Source: Octopus sinensis (taxonomy: Eukaryota). From it: a stretch of DNA of 64,000 nt. Shown one piece after another: positions 40,003 through 52,683 of the stretch. Below the pieces are notes generated by a model, which ran no database searches, had not been told where the DNA came from, and worked only from the letters and a program-made list of their open reading frames with translations. Each line of letters starts with the position of its first letter. The first letter of the stretch is position 1. Where the stretch lies: the NCBI RefSeq assembly GCF_006345805.1, contig NC_043007.1:46562001-46626000 (forward strand), written 5' to 3'. The position numbers and the translations under genes were made by a program.

Positions 40003-41496
40003 CGGTTTGGTTTGCCCTCCCTCTCTCTTAACACAATAACACCCGTAGATAGACTTTTCCTTAAATTAATTGATAAGCATTTCAGTAGCTCCCACTGTCT
40101 ATACTGTCCCATGTTCTATACAGGCACAACGTTAGGGTCTCGTTTGACTGCGCCTCCAACATTAAGACCATCCTTCCTAGCGCCCCTGGGACACAAGAAG
40201 AGGCGGATTGTTCATGCAGGATCTGAGCAGTTGCCCGGTAGGAGGCCGTTGCGAAACTAAAGGGGGCGTATATCAAGCTGAGGTTCTAACACGACATGCC
40301 TTTAACACCGACAGAAACTATAACGGCCGTAGACGTGAGGACAGAGACAGTAACACAGCCACCATCACCACCACCACTACCACGGATGGCAACATCGCTA
40401 ATAACAACAGCATCGACATCACCACCATCCCCAGCCTCACATATAGCTTCCCTGGCGTCCACGATGCCAGATCTATAAGCCACCATAGATGTAGTAGCAG
40501 AAGCAATAAGCCCAATTCCATCAACACAGCCACTACCGCCTCAGTGGATGGCAGCATCGCGAACAACAACAGCAGCGGCATCACCACCACCACCACTACC
40601 ACCACCAGCCTTACCAATAGCCTCTCCAACGTTCACGATACCGGGCCTTTTGGCCATTATAGTAGTAGAAGCAGAGACAAAGGATCCAGTTTCATCACTG
40701 GCTATAACGGTAACAGCAGCGGAACCGGCAATGGCGATAGTACTTCCACCGCCACCACACAGCCTCCATTATCACCAGCACCAGCAACAACACTAGCAGC
40801 CCTGACTTCATCAACAACATCAGCAATACTGACGACAGCGCCAACAGCAGCGACGACGACCACCACCACAAAAACAACAGCAGCAACAAACAGCAACAAC
40901 AGCAACACTAACAGCACCAGCAGCAAGGACAGCAGCAACAGCCGCAGCGACAACGGTAGCAGCAACTGCAGCAACAGCAGGAGGCGCAAGGGCCCAGTGG
41001 TTAGGGCAGTGGACTCGCGGTCGGAGGATCGCGGTTTCGATTCCCAGACCGGGCGTTGTGTATGTTTATTGAGCGAAAACACCTAAAGCTCCACGAGGCT
41101 CCGGCAGGGGGGGGGAGACTCCTGTTGTACTCTTTCACCCAAGCTTTCTCTCACTCTTTCACCCCAGCTTTCTCTCACTGTTTCTTGTCCCCGACTTCCT
41201 ACTCAATCGCTGAGCCTGGATGCGCATTCATCCACCCGTCGATGCTCTCGGTGTCGGGGGTTCACATGATTTCTCTTCTGCGGGTCTTACGAAAAGCAAA
41301 GGACCACGATTCGGACTTCTCCCACTGCGAGCTCTGGGACGAAGACGCTTCGCTCGACAGCAACAGCAACAAAAACAACAGCAGCACCTACAACAGCAAC
41401 AGGCTCAAGGGCAGCCCCAACAATCGCAACATCACACGCCCACAGTAGTACGTGGGGTGGTATCTGTTCAGTTTGATTCACAGATTTTTTAACTAA
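40003..41496 (+). mobile_element. 5'-truncated PLE fragment (thumb/linker plus GIY-YIG start) with a large low-complexity insert and a nested SINE
   Basis: VWFALP..DRLFLKLIDKHF..NRHNVRVSFDCASNIKTI..CSCR/SSCPVGGRC..GGVYQAEV (40003-40285), then a Ser/Thr/Asn-rich open frame, then *YVGWYLFSLIHRFFN* (41446-41496). Confidence 0.75.
40980..41357 (+). mobile_element. tRNA-derived SINE (third family) with apparent target-site duplication
   Basis: ggaggcgcaagggcccagtggttagggc (A-box-like) and ggtttcgattccc (B-box). Flanked by agcaacagca at 40970-40979 and 41359-41368, within low-complexity DNA, so the TSD is tentative. Confidence 0.8.
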
Positions 41497-42962
41497 TTTG
41501 TTTTTTACCAAACAGCTTGAATCTTCGTATACGGGCGTAATTTCTCACGCAGAACACGGTTTACTTTGAATATCTCTGATAAAATTTCGTATTTTAGAAG
41601 TTATTTCGTATTAAGGTATGTTGAGTAATTTGAACGAATCAGCGACGTGCATTCAATTGAGGAAACTTTTTTTATTTTATAATTCTAAGTGTTTCAATAA
41701 CACATCGAGTTTATTAAAGTTTTTGTACAGTATATTTGTATTCATACGAGTCACTCCAACACAAATAACAATTATAGTAACAACGTCGTTTGCAACAGAA
41801 ATATCCGTATTTACAATTTCTGAGAAGAAATTTATGAAAACAGAAATCTATTAGTTTATGCCTCCATCTGATATTTAGACTAAACTCATGCCCTTTCCTA
41901 AAAGAACAGATTTATTCTGTATTAATAGAAATATTACTATTCGAAAATATTAACCATCACATGCTCTTATTACTGGATCCTAAGTAGTATAAACTCCACA
42001 AACTAAAAGTGACCTCCCTTGTCTTGAAAATGACATAAGCGACATGATTACATACAATTAATGACATACGAATTTACCATATCGCGTTCTAAATTGACTT
42101 CAAAAAGTATATTTAAAACAAAGAAAACAGGTCAGTAAAATAGGATTTTTTCTACTGTAAATGCTCTTTGGCTACGACATGTTCTAAAGTATTTTCAGTA
42201 ATTTTTATTATTTTCAGTAATTTTTATTATTTTCAGTAATTTTTATACGTAAACATTTTCTTTTTACTTGTTAGTAATATGTGATTTTGTTTCATTCTTA
42301 TGAAAACATACTCTAATGCTTTCAGAGTAAAATCCTGATGTAAAAATATGTTTTTGAATATTTAGTTTTATATGTACTAGAAATATTTACTCTCTGAGTT
42401 GAAAAATAAAAATTGCTTTATTCTAACAAATATATTGTGTTGGTTTAGATATAATGCTCCAGCGATCTGATCGGATGCGTTAGCTTTATTTATTTGCATG
42501 AATTTGCGAATAAACAAGTGCATCTTATAATACTGAGCATACATATTAATGCAAATACATGCGCATAATATATTTCATAGTAAAGAGGTCTGCGACACAG
42601 CATTGGCTTTATGGCTGCTTTGTGGTTAAATAAATATGCATTCTCATTTTACACCTCATAGATCTCTTGTTTTGTATATATATCAAGAAATAATTTAATT
42701 TCATCAAAGGGGCTTCAGGATTTTAAGTTGCATGGATACTCTGCATGGCAGTTCTTCGTAATTTATCACTATGTCGGGTGTTAATCGAGTCCGTAAGAGG
42801 AGCTTTCCGTGATAGCCACAGTTTTCTCTGAATCCACTTTTTATACTACTTACGCACACATACACAAACACACACACGCACACCCATATAGAAATAATGT
42901 AAACAGCAGGTTGTAGTGTTTCACCAAAAGGGAGAATTATAATTGTCACTAAATGTGACTAG

Positions 42963-43577
42963 GGTGTTAAAGCACATCTACATTGCTAGAGATAAGAGCT
43001 AAAATGCTCTAATGTTGTAGTTAACGCACATGAATGAAAACATACACTAACAGGGATCATAATTATCCGAAAAATACCACCGAGAATTCTTAAGACTGAC
43101 GTATCAATTTCGGCAATTCCCGTTGCCATAATCAGTTAAGCCAGCTCAGTTTTCGGTTATTTCCGAATCTGTTTCTCTATTAACATATATGTTTTCGTCG
43201 CCCAAATTAATAGATGATTTAGCGATTCGCTAATGTGTATACACAAAATTAACGTCAACAGCAGGTTACAATGTTTCACAAAAAGGGAGAATTATAACTG
43301 TTACTAAATGTGACTAGGGTGTTAAAAAACACTTACATTGCTAGAAATAATGTTAGAATGCCTTAACGTTGTTGTTAGGTCCGGAGGTAGCTGAACAACG
43401 AGCTGGTTTAACACATGAATGCAACGTGAATTGCCGAAAATGTCGAAAAGAATTCTCAGTCGGCATTTTTCCGACAATTATGGTACCTGTAAGTGTATGT
43501 TTTCATTCATGTGCGTTAAATACAGCATTAGAACATTTTAGCTCTTATTTCTAGCAATGTAGGTCTTTTTTAATACC
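42963..43577. mobile_element. MITE-like element with ~128-bp imperfect TIRs
   Basis: 42963-43091 is the reverse complement of 43448-43577 (ctacattgctagagataagagctaaaatgctctaatg.. / ..cattagaacattttagctcttatttctagcaatgtag). A related fragment lies at ~28135-28155. Confidence 0.7.
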
Positions 43578-43778
43578 TTACCTTTAATTACAGTTATATA
43601 TATTTATATATATGCATTTTGTTTTTGAAATGCACGAAACAAAATTCGGAGGGGGACAGGGTAAACCACCTGCATCAACTTACTATAAAAGCAGGTAGTA
43701 ATTTTATTTTGTCCTTATTGTTAATGCAACTTTTGAAGAGTGCAGTTCGATTTTAGCAGTTATTTTGTGAAAGCTATA

Positions 43779-44560
43779 ATGGAAGTGACAAAGGCGCATA
43801 TTCGGCATATTTTGTTTAATGAATTCAATAAAGGCAACAACGCAACGGAAACTGCGAGGAATGTTAATGCAGTATATGGGGATCGGAAATAGAGCGTAAG
43901 CTAGTGTCAACGGTAGTTCCAGAAATTCCGAGCCAGAAACTACAGCCTAGAAGACAAGTCCTAGAAGATCGGTAGAGTTCGACGAGGGCGTCCTGTAAAC
44001 TCTGTTAGAACAAAATCCCATTGTAACTATTGAGGAACTAGGAGAGAAGCTTGGATTTGATCATTCAACCATTCATCGACACCTGTGCGATCGGAAACGT
44101 CAACAAATTGGATCAATGGATTCCTCACAAACTTTCCGAGACTTATCGCGCGCAGAGAGTGAATGTGAGCTCTTCTTTGCTGTCACGTCACCCGAATGAA
44201 CCTTTTTTGGACCGAATAGTGACTGGTGACGAGAAATGGTTTGTCTATGATAATGTCAAGCGCCAAAGACTGTGGGTAGGGGAAAGTGAAACACTGGCAC
44301 CCCAGTCTAAAAGATGCCTTCATCCAAATATAGTGTTGTTGTTTTTTGTGAGATATGAAGTCTTTAGTCCACTTTGAAATTTTAAACCCTAACCGAACGA
44401 TAACAAAGGCGCTCAAATGCGAGAAGCTTGCGCGGGTTAAATCAGCGCTAGAAGGAAAATGACCATCTTTGCTTTCAAGACGGAGATTATTCTTCCCCTT
44501 GGTTAATGTTCGGCAACGTACAGTGAGAATGACATTCCAAAGTCTGGAGCAGTTTGAATG
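43779..44560 (+). mobile_element. Decayed mariner transposase, 3' truncated
   Basis: MEVTKAHIRHILFNEFNKGNNATETARNVNAVYG; QWIPHKL; FLDRIVTGDEKW. Frameshifts and stops. Confidence 0.9.
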
Positions 44561-44722
44561 AGAAACGATATTTGCGTATATTTATATATAAACACACACA
44601 CAGGATATGTATTTATTTCCGTGGTCTGTAAAATGCCATTCTATTATTATCATCATCATCATCATCAAGAACAAAATCATCGGTGATATCTGCTGCCTTG
44701 CAAAATGAAATTCGTTTTCATA

Positions 44723-44798
<76 letters not shown>

Positions 44799-44801
<3 letters not shown>

Positions 44802-45574
44802 GACAAGAACGCAAAACATCCAGACAATTAGAGGATACAAAAAAGGGACAACAAAATATCCAGACAGACAATACAAAGAAAACAAGGACAGGTCGTACGG
44901 AGTTTTCTTTCCTCAGTTGAGTTCCAGATTATCTTTGCAATTCCGGCTGGTTATACTCGAGATTGCTCCAATCTGGCCAGCTCCAAGGAAAAACTAAGCT
45001 AAGGGCATTGGATTCCTTGGAAGAAAGCAGCGAATGTATACGAAAAGAAGTACGTTAAAAACGGAGAAAGTTACACAAATGCAAATAACAGGAGATAACA
45101 ACAGGTGTCTTTCCACTAAGGACGAATTAACTTAAGTTGGCGTGTGTGGAAGTAAAGTCTTACGGTAGGGATACAAGATTTCACAGTCACAGGGAAGAAT
45201 ATAGATGTTGCACGGACAACGGCGGAACCAAGAAAGCAAGGTCAGGCTTGGCCGAACACTGGTCACGTGGGGAGAGAAGTGAGAGAGTCAGAGGCAGAGG
45301 GACAGAAGAAATAAGGAGGGGCAAGAAAAAATGACAGGAACACAGTAAAGTGAAAAGACGAGGGAAGTGAGCATGAAGAGAAGGCAATGAATGTGAGAGA
45401 GGGGGAACGAAAGAACGTATAGTGGAATGACCGAAATAAGCGTGAAATGGCTGATAGAAAGAGGGAAAGACTAAAAGAATAGAGTTGTAAAAGATTTACA
45501 TAAAAATATACTTACATCATGAAGAGAAGGTAATGAAATGAGAGAGAGAGGGAACAAAAGAATGAATAGTGGAA

Positions 45575-45577
<3 letters not shown>
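44799..45577 (-). mobile_element. Probable PLE pseudo-LTR / 3' UTR fragment between (TA)n tracts
   Basis: Non-coding insert bounded by two (TA)n tracts, with a ~60-bp internal direct repeat (~45373-45430 and ~45518-45577) and a degenerate CTGAGGA core on the minus strand near 44910. Confidence 0.45.
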
Positions 45578-45632
<55 letters not shown>

Positions 45633-45852
45633 TATTTATTTATATATATAATCAAACTAAGGAACAAGGATATCCAGAGGTAATGAAGTACGATCGTTTC
45701 TAGCAACTCTATTTAATTTAATAATGCAATCATTACATCAACTTAAATGCAGAGCACTCCTTAGCTGTATAAAAAACCTTATTTTGAAATTGTTCGGATA
45801 ATACAGTACTAAATTCTGGTGACTCATCTTAAGTACCATATACCTATGAATC

Positions 45853-46100
<248 letters not shown>

Positions 46101-46809
46101 TATATGTGTGCGTGTATGTGTGTGTGTACAGAAATACATAATGTATGCACAGTCGAGCGCACGTGTGTTGCAGTTGTCAGGTATGATATGGAAATATGAC
46201 AAATTGGAACTTGCTTAAAATGAACATGTATGGCGACACCTTTGTAATATATTTAGGTATGTGTATACACCGTATTGAATTCAAAGAATTTATGAGAATG
46301 TATTGAGTTTATATTTAAAGCCAAAACTTTCCTATGAAATGTAGAGGACCAGATGTTGTTTAGATAGATGTGTGCGCAATCGTTTGAACAGCATAACATC
46401 AATTTTCCATTTTCCATTTGAAAGTTTTGTTATTTTTAAGCGACGGAATGGCAATATTACCTTAGAATCTTGCCAACGATGTAAGCGAAATAGCTATACC
46501 CGAGCGTGTAAGGTACGTAGTAGAGCCGGTTTGCTGAAGTGTAACTAGAATAACCTTTGCGCATGATAATATCATTACACGATTGGATTTTATTCTCCTG
46601 TGTTTTATCATAATAATAGAAGTATTCCAGGTGCCCAGTGTTATCGTAGCAACATAGAGGGTAACAAATATAAGAAATCATACGAATGGAATATAATGGA
46701 ATTATGACAAACATATTTCTATGACGACAATATATTACCCTGGTGATGCACGTACACTAAGCAGGATGATGTGAGCTTACTGAATCAAACCAAACAAGCC
46801 GAACGAGAA

Positions 46810-46976
46810 GATGAAGATGATGATGATTACAATGATGATGATGATGATGACGACGACTACGACGACGATGATGATGGCGATGATGTGGATGATGAGGAGG
46901 GTGATGATGATGATGATGATGATGAGGAGGATGGTGATGATGATGATGAAGATGATGAAGATGATGATGATGATGG

Positions 46977-47021
<45 letters not shown>
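46810..47021. repeat. Imperfect (GAT)n tract
   Basis: Seen directly. Confidence 0.95.
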
Positions 47022-47024
<3 letters not shown>

Positions 47025-48040
47025 GTTAAAGAAAGAATATCAACTTCAGCATTTGAGTTAGTGTCTCCTATATAAGATAGATATGGTTAAAACAAAAGTC
47101 GCTGCGGTAAAGCATGAACTGTGATATCGAAGCATTTCATAAATAATGGTAGAGTGGAGATGGTACGGATGTAGAAGCGTCTATGAGGGTTTTGAGAGAA
47201 AAGATTATGTTATAAAATGTGTTAACGTCAGTCATGTACTAAAAGAAGTAGGTTCATGAATGCGTATACGGTTTTAATAAAATGAACAGCTTGTAGCGAT
47301 GACATTGCTGTACTAAAGCATGTTTCGACATATAGGCCACGTATTCGTCCCTAGGTAGCGATATACTGTGTTTCTTCATGAATAACTAAGACGTGGGAAG
47401 AATGGGTGTTACAAAAACATGCGCATTTGAGTGCATGCACATTTTTAAATGTTTATCCTAGCGTGTATTTATAATTTTAGAGAATGCCAAAAATTTAGTG
47501 AAGTCCCTAGGAATTCCACTGTATTAAGTCGGGTAGTAAGCTTGCCGTATGTTGTTGTAATATACAAACAACAAAACGTTGTGACAAGCAGAACAAGCTA
47601 AAGATTTCAACGATCGGGGCTATTTTGCTGGACGATGAAAATTATGAGCTCTAATGAAGAGAAACGATCGATTTATAGAGCAGCACGGGTTGAAATCATA
47701 TAGGTCTTGTACAAAATCCACATTCAAATGAAAGTAAGCATTCTAATAGGCTGCCATTCAATAACAAAATTAGCTGAACCTTTTTCATAATTATGCCTCG
47801 TTTCTCCATACTGATTCACTAACCGTAACGCAGCATACTGGTAGATTGGACAAAATCTAGATTGGACAAATGCTATTCGACGCAAAGATTACTCTGACAC
47901 CCTTCATTTTAACAGTGTTATATAGAGTGTCTGAAATTTAACAGTCAGTTCTATTACATTCCTCACTAGAACATTATCTCCATCTGCATTTTATCAAACT
48001 CTCCTCAAACGACATATGTTCATTCTTTTCTACGCTTAGC

Positions 48041-48395
48041 AAAGGGCTCGAAACTTCTGGAGAGGGGGCCAGTCAATTAGATCAACCCCAGTACGCAACT
48101 GGTACCTAATTTATCGACTCGAAAAGGATGAAAGGCAAAGTCAACCTCGGCGGGATTTGAACTCAGAACATAAAGACAGACGAAATACGTATTTCTTTAC
48201 TACACAGAGAGGACAAACAAGGACAGACAAATGGATTAAGTCGATTACATCGACATCAGTGCTTAACTGGTACTTAATTTAACGACCCCTACAGGATGAA
48301 AGGCAAAGTCGACCTCGGCAGAATTTGAACTAAGAACGTAACGGCAGACGAAATGCCGCTAAGCATTTCGTCTGGGGTGCTAACTTTTCTGCCTT
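48041..48395 (-). mobile_element. Two nested or tandem SINE copies (second family, two tail variants)
   Basis: The core aggatgaaaggcaaagtc(a/g)acctcggc..atttgaact..agaac..cagacgaaat occurs twice (~48126-48189 and ~48294-48358) with different tails. Confidence 0.75.
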
Positions 48396-49817
48396 AAAAC
48401 TACATATGTTCATTGACTAATAGAAACACTCCACCACATCCCTAACCATATCTATGAAGGAATACACGCATTCATAGATGATTAGATGATGAGTGTCTCT
48501 ATCCATGTGCGTTGCGCCCCCGTGTATTAGCTGTTATGTCACGATAAAAAGACGGAAAATTATTTAAATCAATTTAGTATTCATATTTTCTATTAAGTTG
48601 GCGTTTGACGAGTAGGAAAAAGGCGCAATATTAATTCCGAATTTTGGAACGAATCTACAAAATTGTAGATTAGGATAATTCGATTTCGCGGTTTGATGTT
48701 AATTTACTTGGCGTCCGAATTAAAGTAAATTGGCTTATACCGTTAAATAAACTGAATTGGCTTCAGCAAATCAATTATTGCTCTCTCAAGCTCTGTATCT
48801 GCATAATAAAGGGTTAAGAGATGGGCTTATCACATCACGTACAGTCAGATACACATAGAAGAGCCATCACATTCTACCTATTTGATTAGAGTAGAACTAT
48901 TAAATTTAGTCACTGAATATATCAGCCTGTAGTAAGAAAAATAACTGAAGAGTTATTTTTCATTTGTACAGCTTATAACGTAGATTGGGTTTCAACATGG
49001 TCATAACTTCTCTGAGACGCGCGTTATATACGAACGTAGAAGGCTTATTAATTGTCAAAACCAAACAAAAACATAACCCAACAAACAATTCGATACTGGT
49101 AACCTTATACGGTAAAGCGGCATTAATATCTCGAATCTTATGTTGAATACGTACGAGAGAAAAAACGTGAATTGCAATGATACCTAGTCTGTGAGAGAAG
49201 ACAAATTCTGCAGGAATTGGTCTGAATTAACGAGCGCATGTCACAATTAACGGGTAAACTTCTGAGTCACACAACGCAAGCACAATATAAACTAACAATA
49301 CTTCTGTTTTCTATTTCGAAATTCCCATTGACATTATTGCGCGGCATATTAATTTTTTTTATATCTAAATTTTGAAATAAATAACTCATATGAAAACATT
49401 AGATTGTTGGTTATCAGTTGACAAATTTAAAGATGCATAAACAATTTTACTTCGCAAGATCACTAAGTAACTAACAGCCCATCTTAAATCATTGTCCAAA
49501 ATTTGCATAATATTGAAAAACAAAATTATATCAACTTTATAGTATCACCAGAAATGCTGTTTTATAGAGGTAAATAATGTAGATATATTGCATATTTTGA
49601 AAGATACATCAAAACTATCGCAACAAATTATCGTTAATAACCAGAATAACAGCACCGCGTGAATGATTATTACAGTATATATCCTTTGGAAATATTGTTA
49701 CCATAATTCTCAATTTTATTATCAGAAGCAACTGAGATTACAAATTGGTTTGTAATAATGGAATAAGCGGATGTGCTTCAAGAGGAAACAGCTGTGCTAT
49801 ACTCTACCTACGCATGC

Positions 49818-51190
49818 AGATGGCCATATGAACGAGAATGGGCCCCATCTATGCGAACCTGTTCGTTGGCTACGTTGAAGCCCAAATATTCTCACAATTC
49901 ACTGGTCCCACTCCTGAGCTAGACGGTCATTATATCGAGCACTGTATCTTTGTGATCTCACACACCCATGAAGAACTTGACCCCTTCCTTTCCTTTGTTC
50001 AATCCTTCCATCTGCCCTCGAATTGTCCTGCACTAACTCTAACACTTCTGTCGAATTTCTCGACATTTTTGTCAGCATGCCCCACTCCCCTCTCAGTACC
50101 TCCATTGATTACAAACACACTGACTGACATTATTACCATAACCTCTCCTCCTCCAATCCTACCCACGCTAAGCTCTCCATCCTCTACTCTCAATACCTCC
50201 GTCTACGCAGGCTCTGCAGTGACGACCAGGACTTTGAGACTCAGTCTCAACTCATGTCTCGACACTGCACCCTACGTAGATATCCCCTTATTATGCACAC
50301 TGCTCTAGGATGGGAGGCGGGAGAAGGGAAAACATTCCAATCCTAGCTCTTACCCATGCTCCTGCCCACTTTGTTACACCTGCCCCTACCTCTCTAACAC
50401 CACCACCTTCACACGCTCCCATCTCTGTCCTTATCACGTCACCGACACCATTACCTGCACCTCTAGTAATGCTATTTAATACAACTCCTGCTCTCTCTGT
50501 CCTTCTCTGTTAATTCACTACATCTGACTGTGTTGGAAATGTCTCAGCACAGTGGGGAGGCACATGGAATACCCCCTCGCCGTGAGCATGAACTAATCTT
50601 CTCTCTTCGCACCTTGTGCAATATGAGCTCCTCTCTTCATCTGACCCCTCATTATTATCTCCACTGCCCTTACCCAGGCACGATTTGTGGTCCATGCTTC
50701 TGCACAGATTCCCACACACCTCTCAGACGAAACACGTGCATACCACTTACCTCGGTATCCTTACTGTACACGCACCACTATACAAACACCCACACACACT
50801 GCTCAACTTATCATTTACCTCACACCCCCATTACAACACACCCATAGCATCTTACCACACCTTCCTACAACATTTTCCCACTCCACACTCACTAGCACCG
50901 ACCACTTTTCAGCAGCCACACCACGCAACATTATCCACACGTCCGCACACAATCTTAAATAGCGTTACCTAACATACCACTATACGAGCAGGTACACACT
51001 GTTTAACACAGTACACACCCAATACACTCTCATGCACACTCTCATACCCACACAAGCTCGTAATACTGAACAAAGACAATATATTTTCCAGCACCCACCC
51101 AATTATATAATATCTTAACACAGAAAATATAAACAGACACACACAATACACATAGTCAGGAAAGTCGAAGCCGCGAACTCCTAGAGCATG
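49818..51190 (+). mobile_element. Decayed 5'-truncated Neptune-like PLE (RT C-terminal half, EN remnant, 3' UTR)
   Basis: RMGPIYANLFVGYVEAQIFSQFTGPTPELDGHYIEHC (degenerate YIDD)..EELDPFLSFVQSFH; later RREHELIFSLRTL (PLE EN C-terminal signature). Many frameshifts. Confidence 0.75.
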
Positions 51191-51354
51191 ACATTAACCC
51201 AGTACATACTGCCAATATTTTCAGCCGCAAACTTGAGAAAGCTGTGAGTTTGGAAGTGTTGTTTCTCCCTGCATTCTGTTCAGGCCTTGCACCATCAGAC
51301 TGAACCTTCTTCGAGCTGAGCGAAAGCTTGTGAGTGGATTTAGTAGAATGAAAT

Positions 51355-51535
51355 AGTGTCTATATTTGTCCCCCATCACTGCTTGACAACCAGCTTTGTT
51401 ATGATTATGTCCCTGAAATTTCAGCAATTCAGCAACAGCGACTGTTAGCTTAAGTAGCAGGCTTTAAAAAACTCCTAGGGTCGATTTGTTCAACTCCTTC
51501 AAAGTGGCAATGAAATGGCTGAAACAACTAAAGTA
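51355..51535 (+). mobile_element. SINE tail copy
   Basis: Diverged homologue of 27590-27778. Confidence 0.55.
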
Positions 51536-51583
51536 TTGAAGGCACAATATTTTTTTTAATCTAGTTTCAGCTCACGAGCTGTG

Positions 51584-51667
<84 letters not shown>

Positions 51668-51853
51668 ATATATATATTATTTACTATACATAACTGTCTC
51701 ACGCTGTGAGGGACCCTAAAGTCAAAACTACCATAATAAATGCAGTATACCGAACGCGAGGGAATGCAACTCTCGACGCGAGCTCCATAAAAACAGATTC
51801 ACCCGCAAATCATGTCATTTCATAATTAGTCTACAAATGCACTTTTCAGTGCG

Positions 51854-51966
<113 letters not shown>

Positions 51967-52549
51967 CGAGCTTATGTGTGTATTTATCTAAGAATATACA
52001 GAAACCAAATTTTATTGTTATTAATTTCATTTGCTGTATTCTGACCTTTTTCATTTACTAGTTACACAGATATAAACCAATGGTAAAAGTAAGATTATGG
52101 TGCAGTTTATGCCTCTAACAGTAACAATAAAAGACAAATGTATGCTTTAATAAAACATACGACTAAAACTTTGAAGCGAATTCATTGTCAGTAATTCCAT
52201 AGACATGCTACAATATGGTTGGAGATTTGATAAAGCCGATTGCATACGTATGTTATTTTGTGTTTTATTGAACTCTTTGAAAAGAAAATTATTATAAAAT
52301 TTTATGTTTTATATTCGCTTTGGAAACACAAAAACACAGAAATGGAATGATCAAGGTTCTGTTATGTAATCAAAACAAAATATCTACTAACATACTTTAA
52401 ATACCCATTGTGATAGTTTTATGGTATTTTACGAGTTTTTAAAGCATATCTAAATGTAAAACAACATTTAAAATATAAAGAATCTACATTGTAAATACTT
52501 TATTATTTACGACAATATACATAGATACACATATGCGCATAAAAATATA

Positions 52550-52683
<134 letters not shown>

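Noticed and set aside
40980-41055. tRNA gene
   Set aside because: A and B boxes are present but no acceptor stem closes; it continues into SINE body sequence and has a TSD.
40283-41448. Intron explanation for the GIY-YIG insert (CAG/TAG tandem acceptor at 41443-41448)
   Set aside because: The nearby GT donors either give the wrong phase or leave too short a GIY-YIG spacer, and the donor at 40283 is non-consensus.
46771-47061. Asp-rich 96-aa ORF
   Set aside because: It is entirely a (GAT)n tract with no unique coding context or splice support.
51745-51785. GAGGG/CTCTC hairpin followed by gacgcg
   Set aside because: Both conserved HHR core strands are degenerate.
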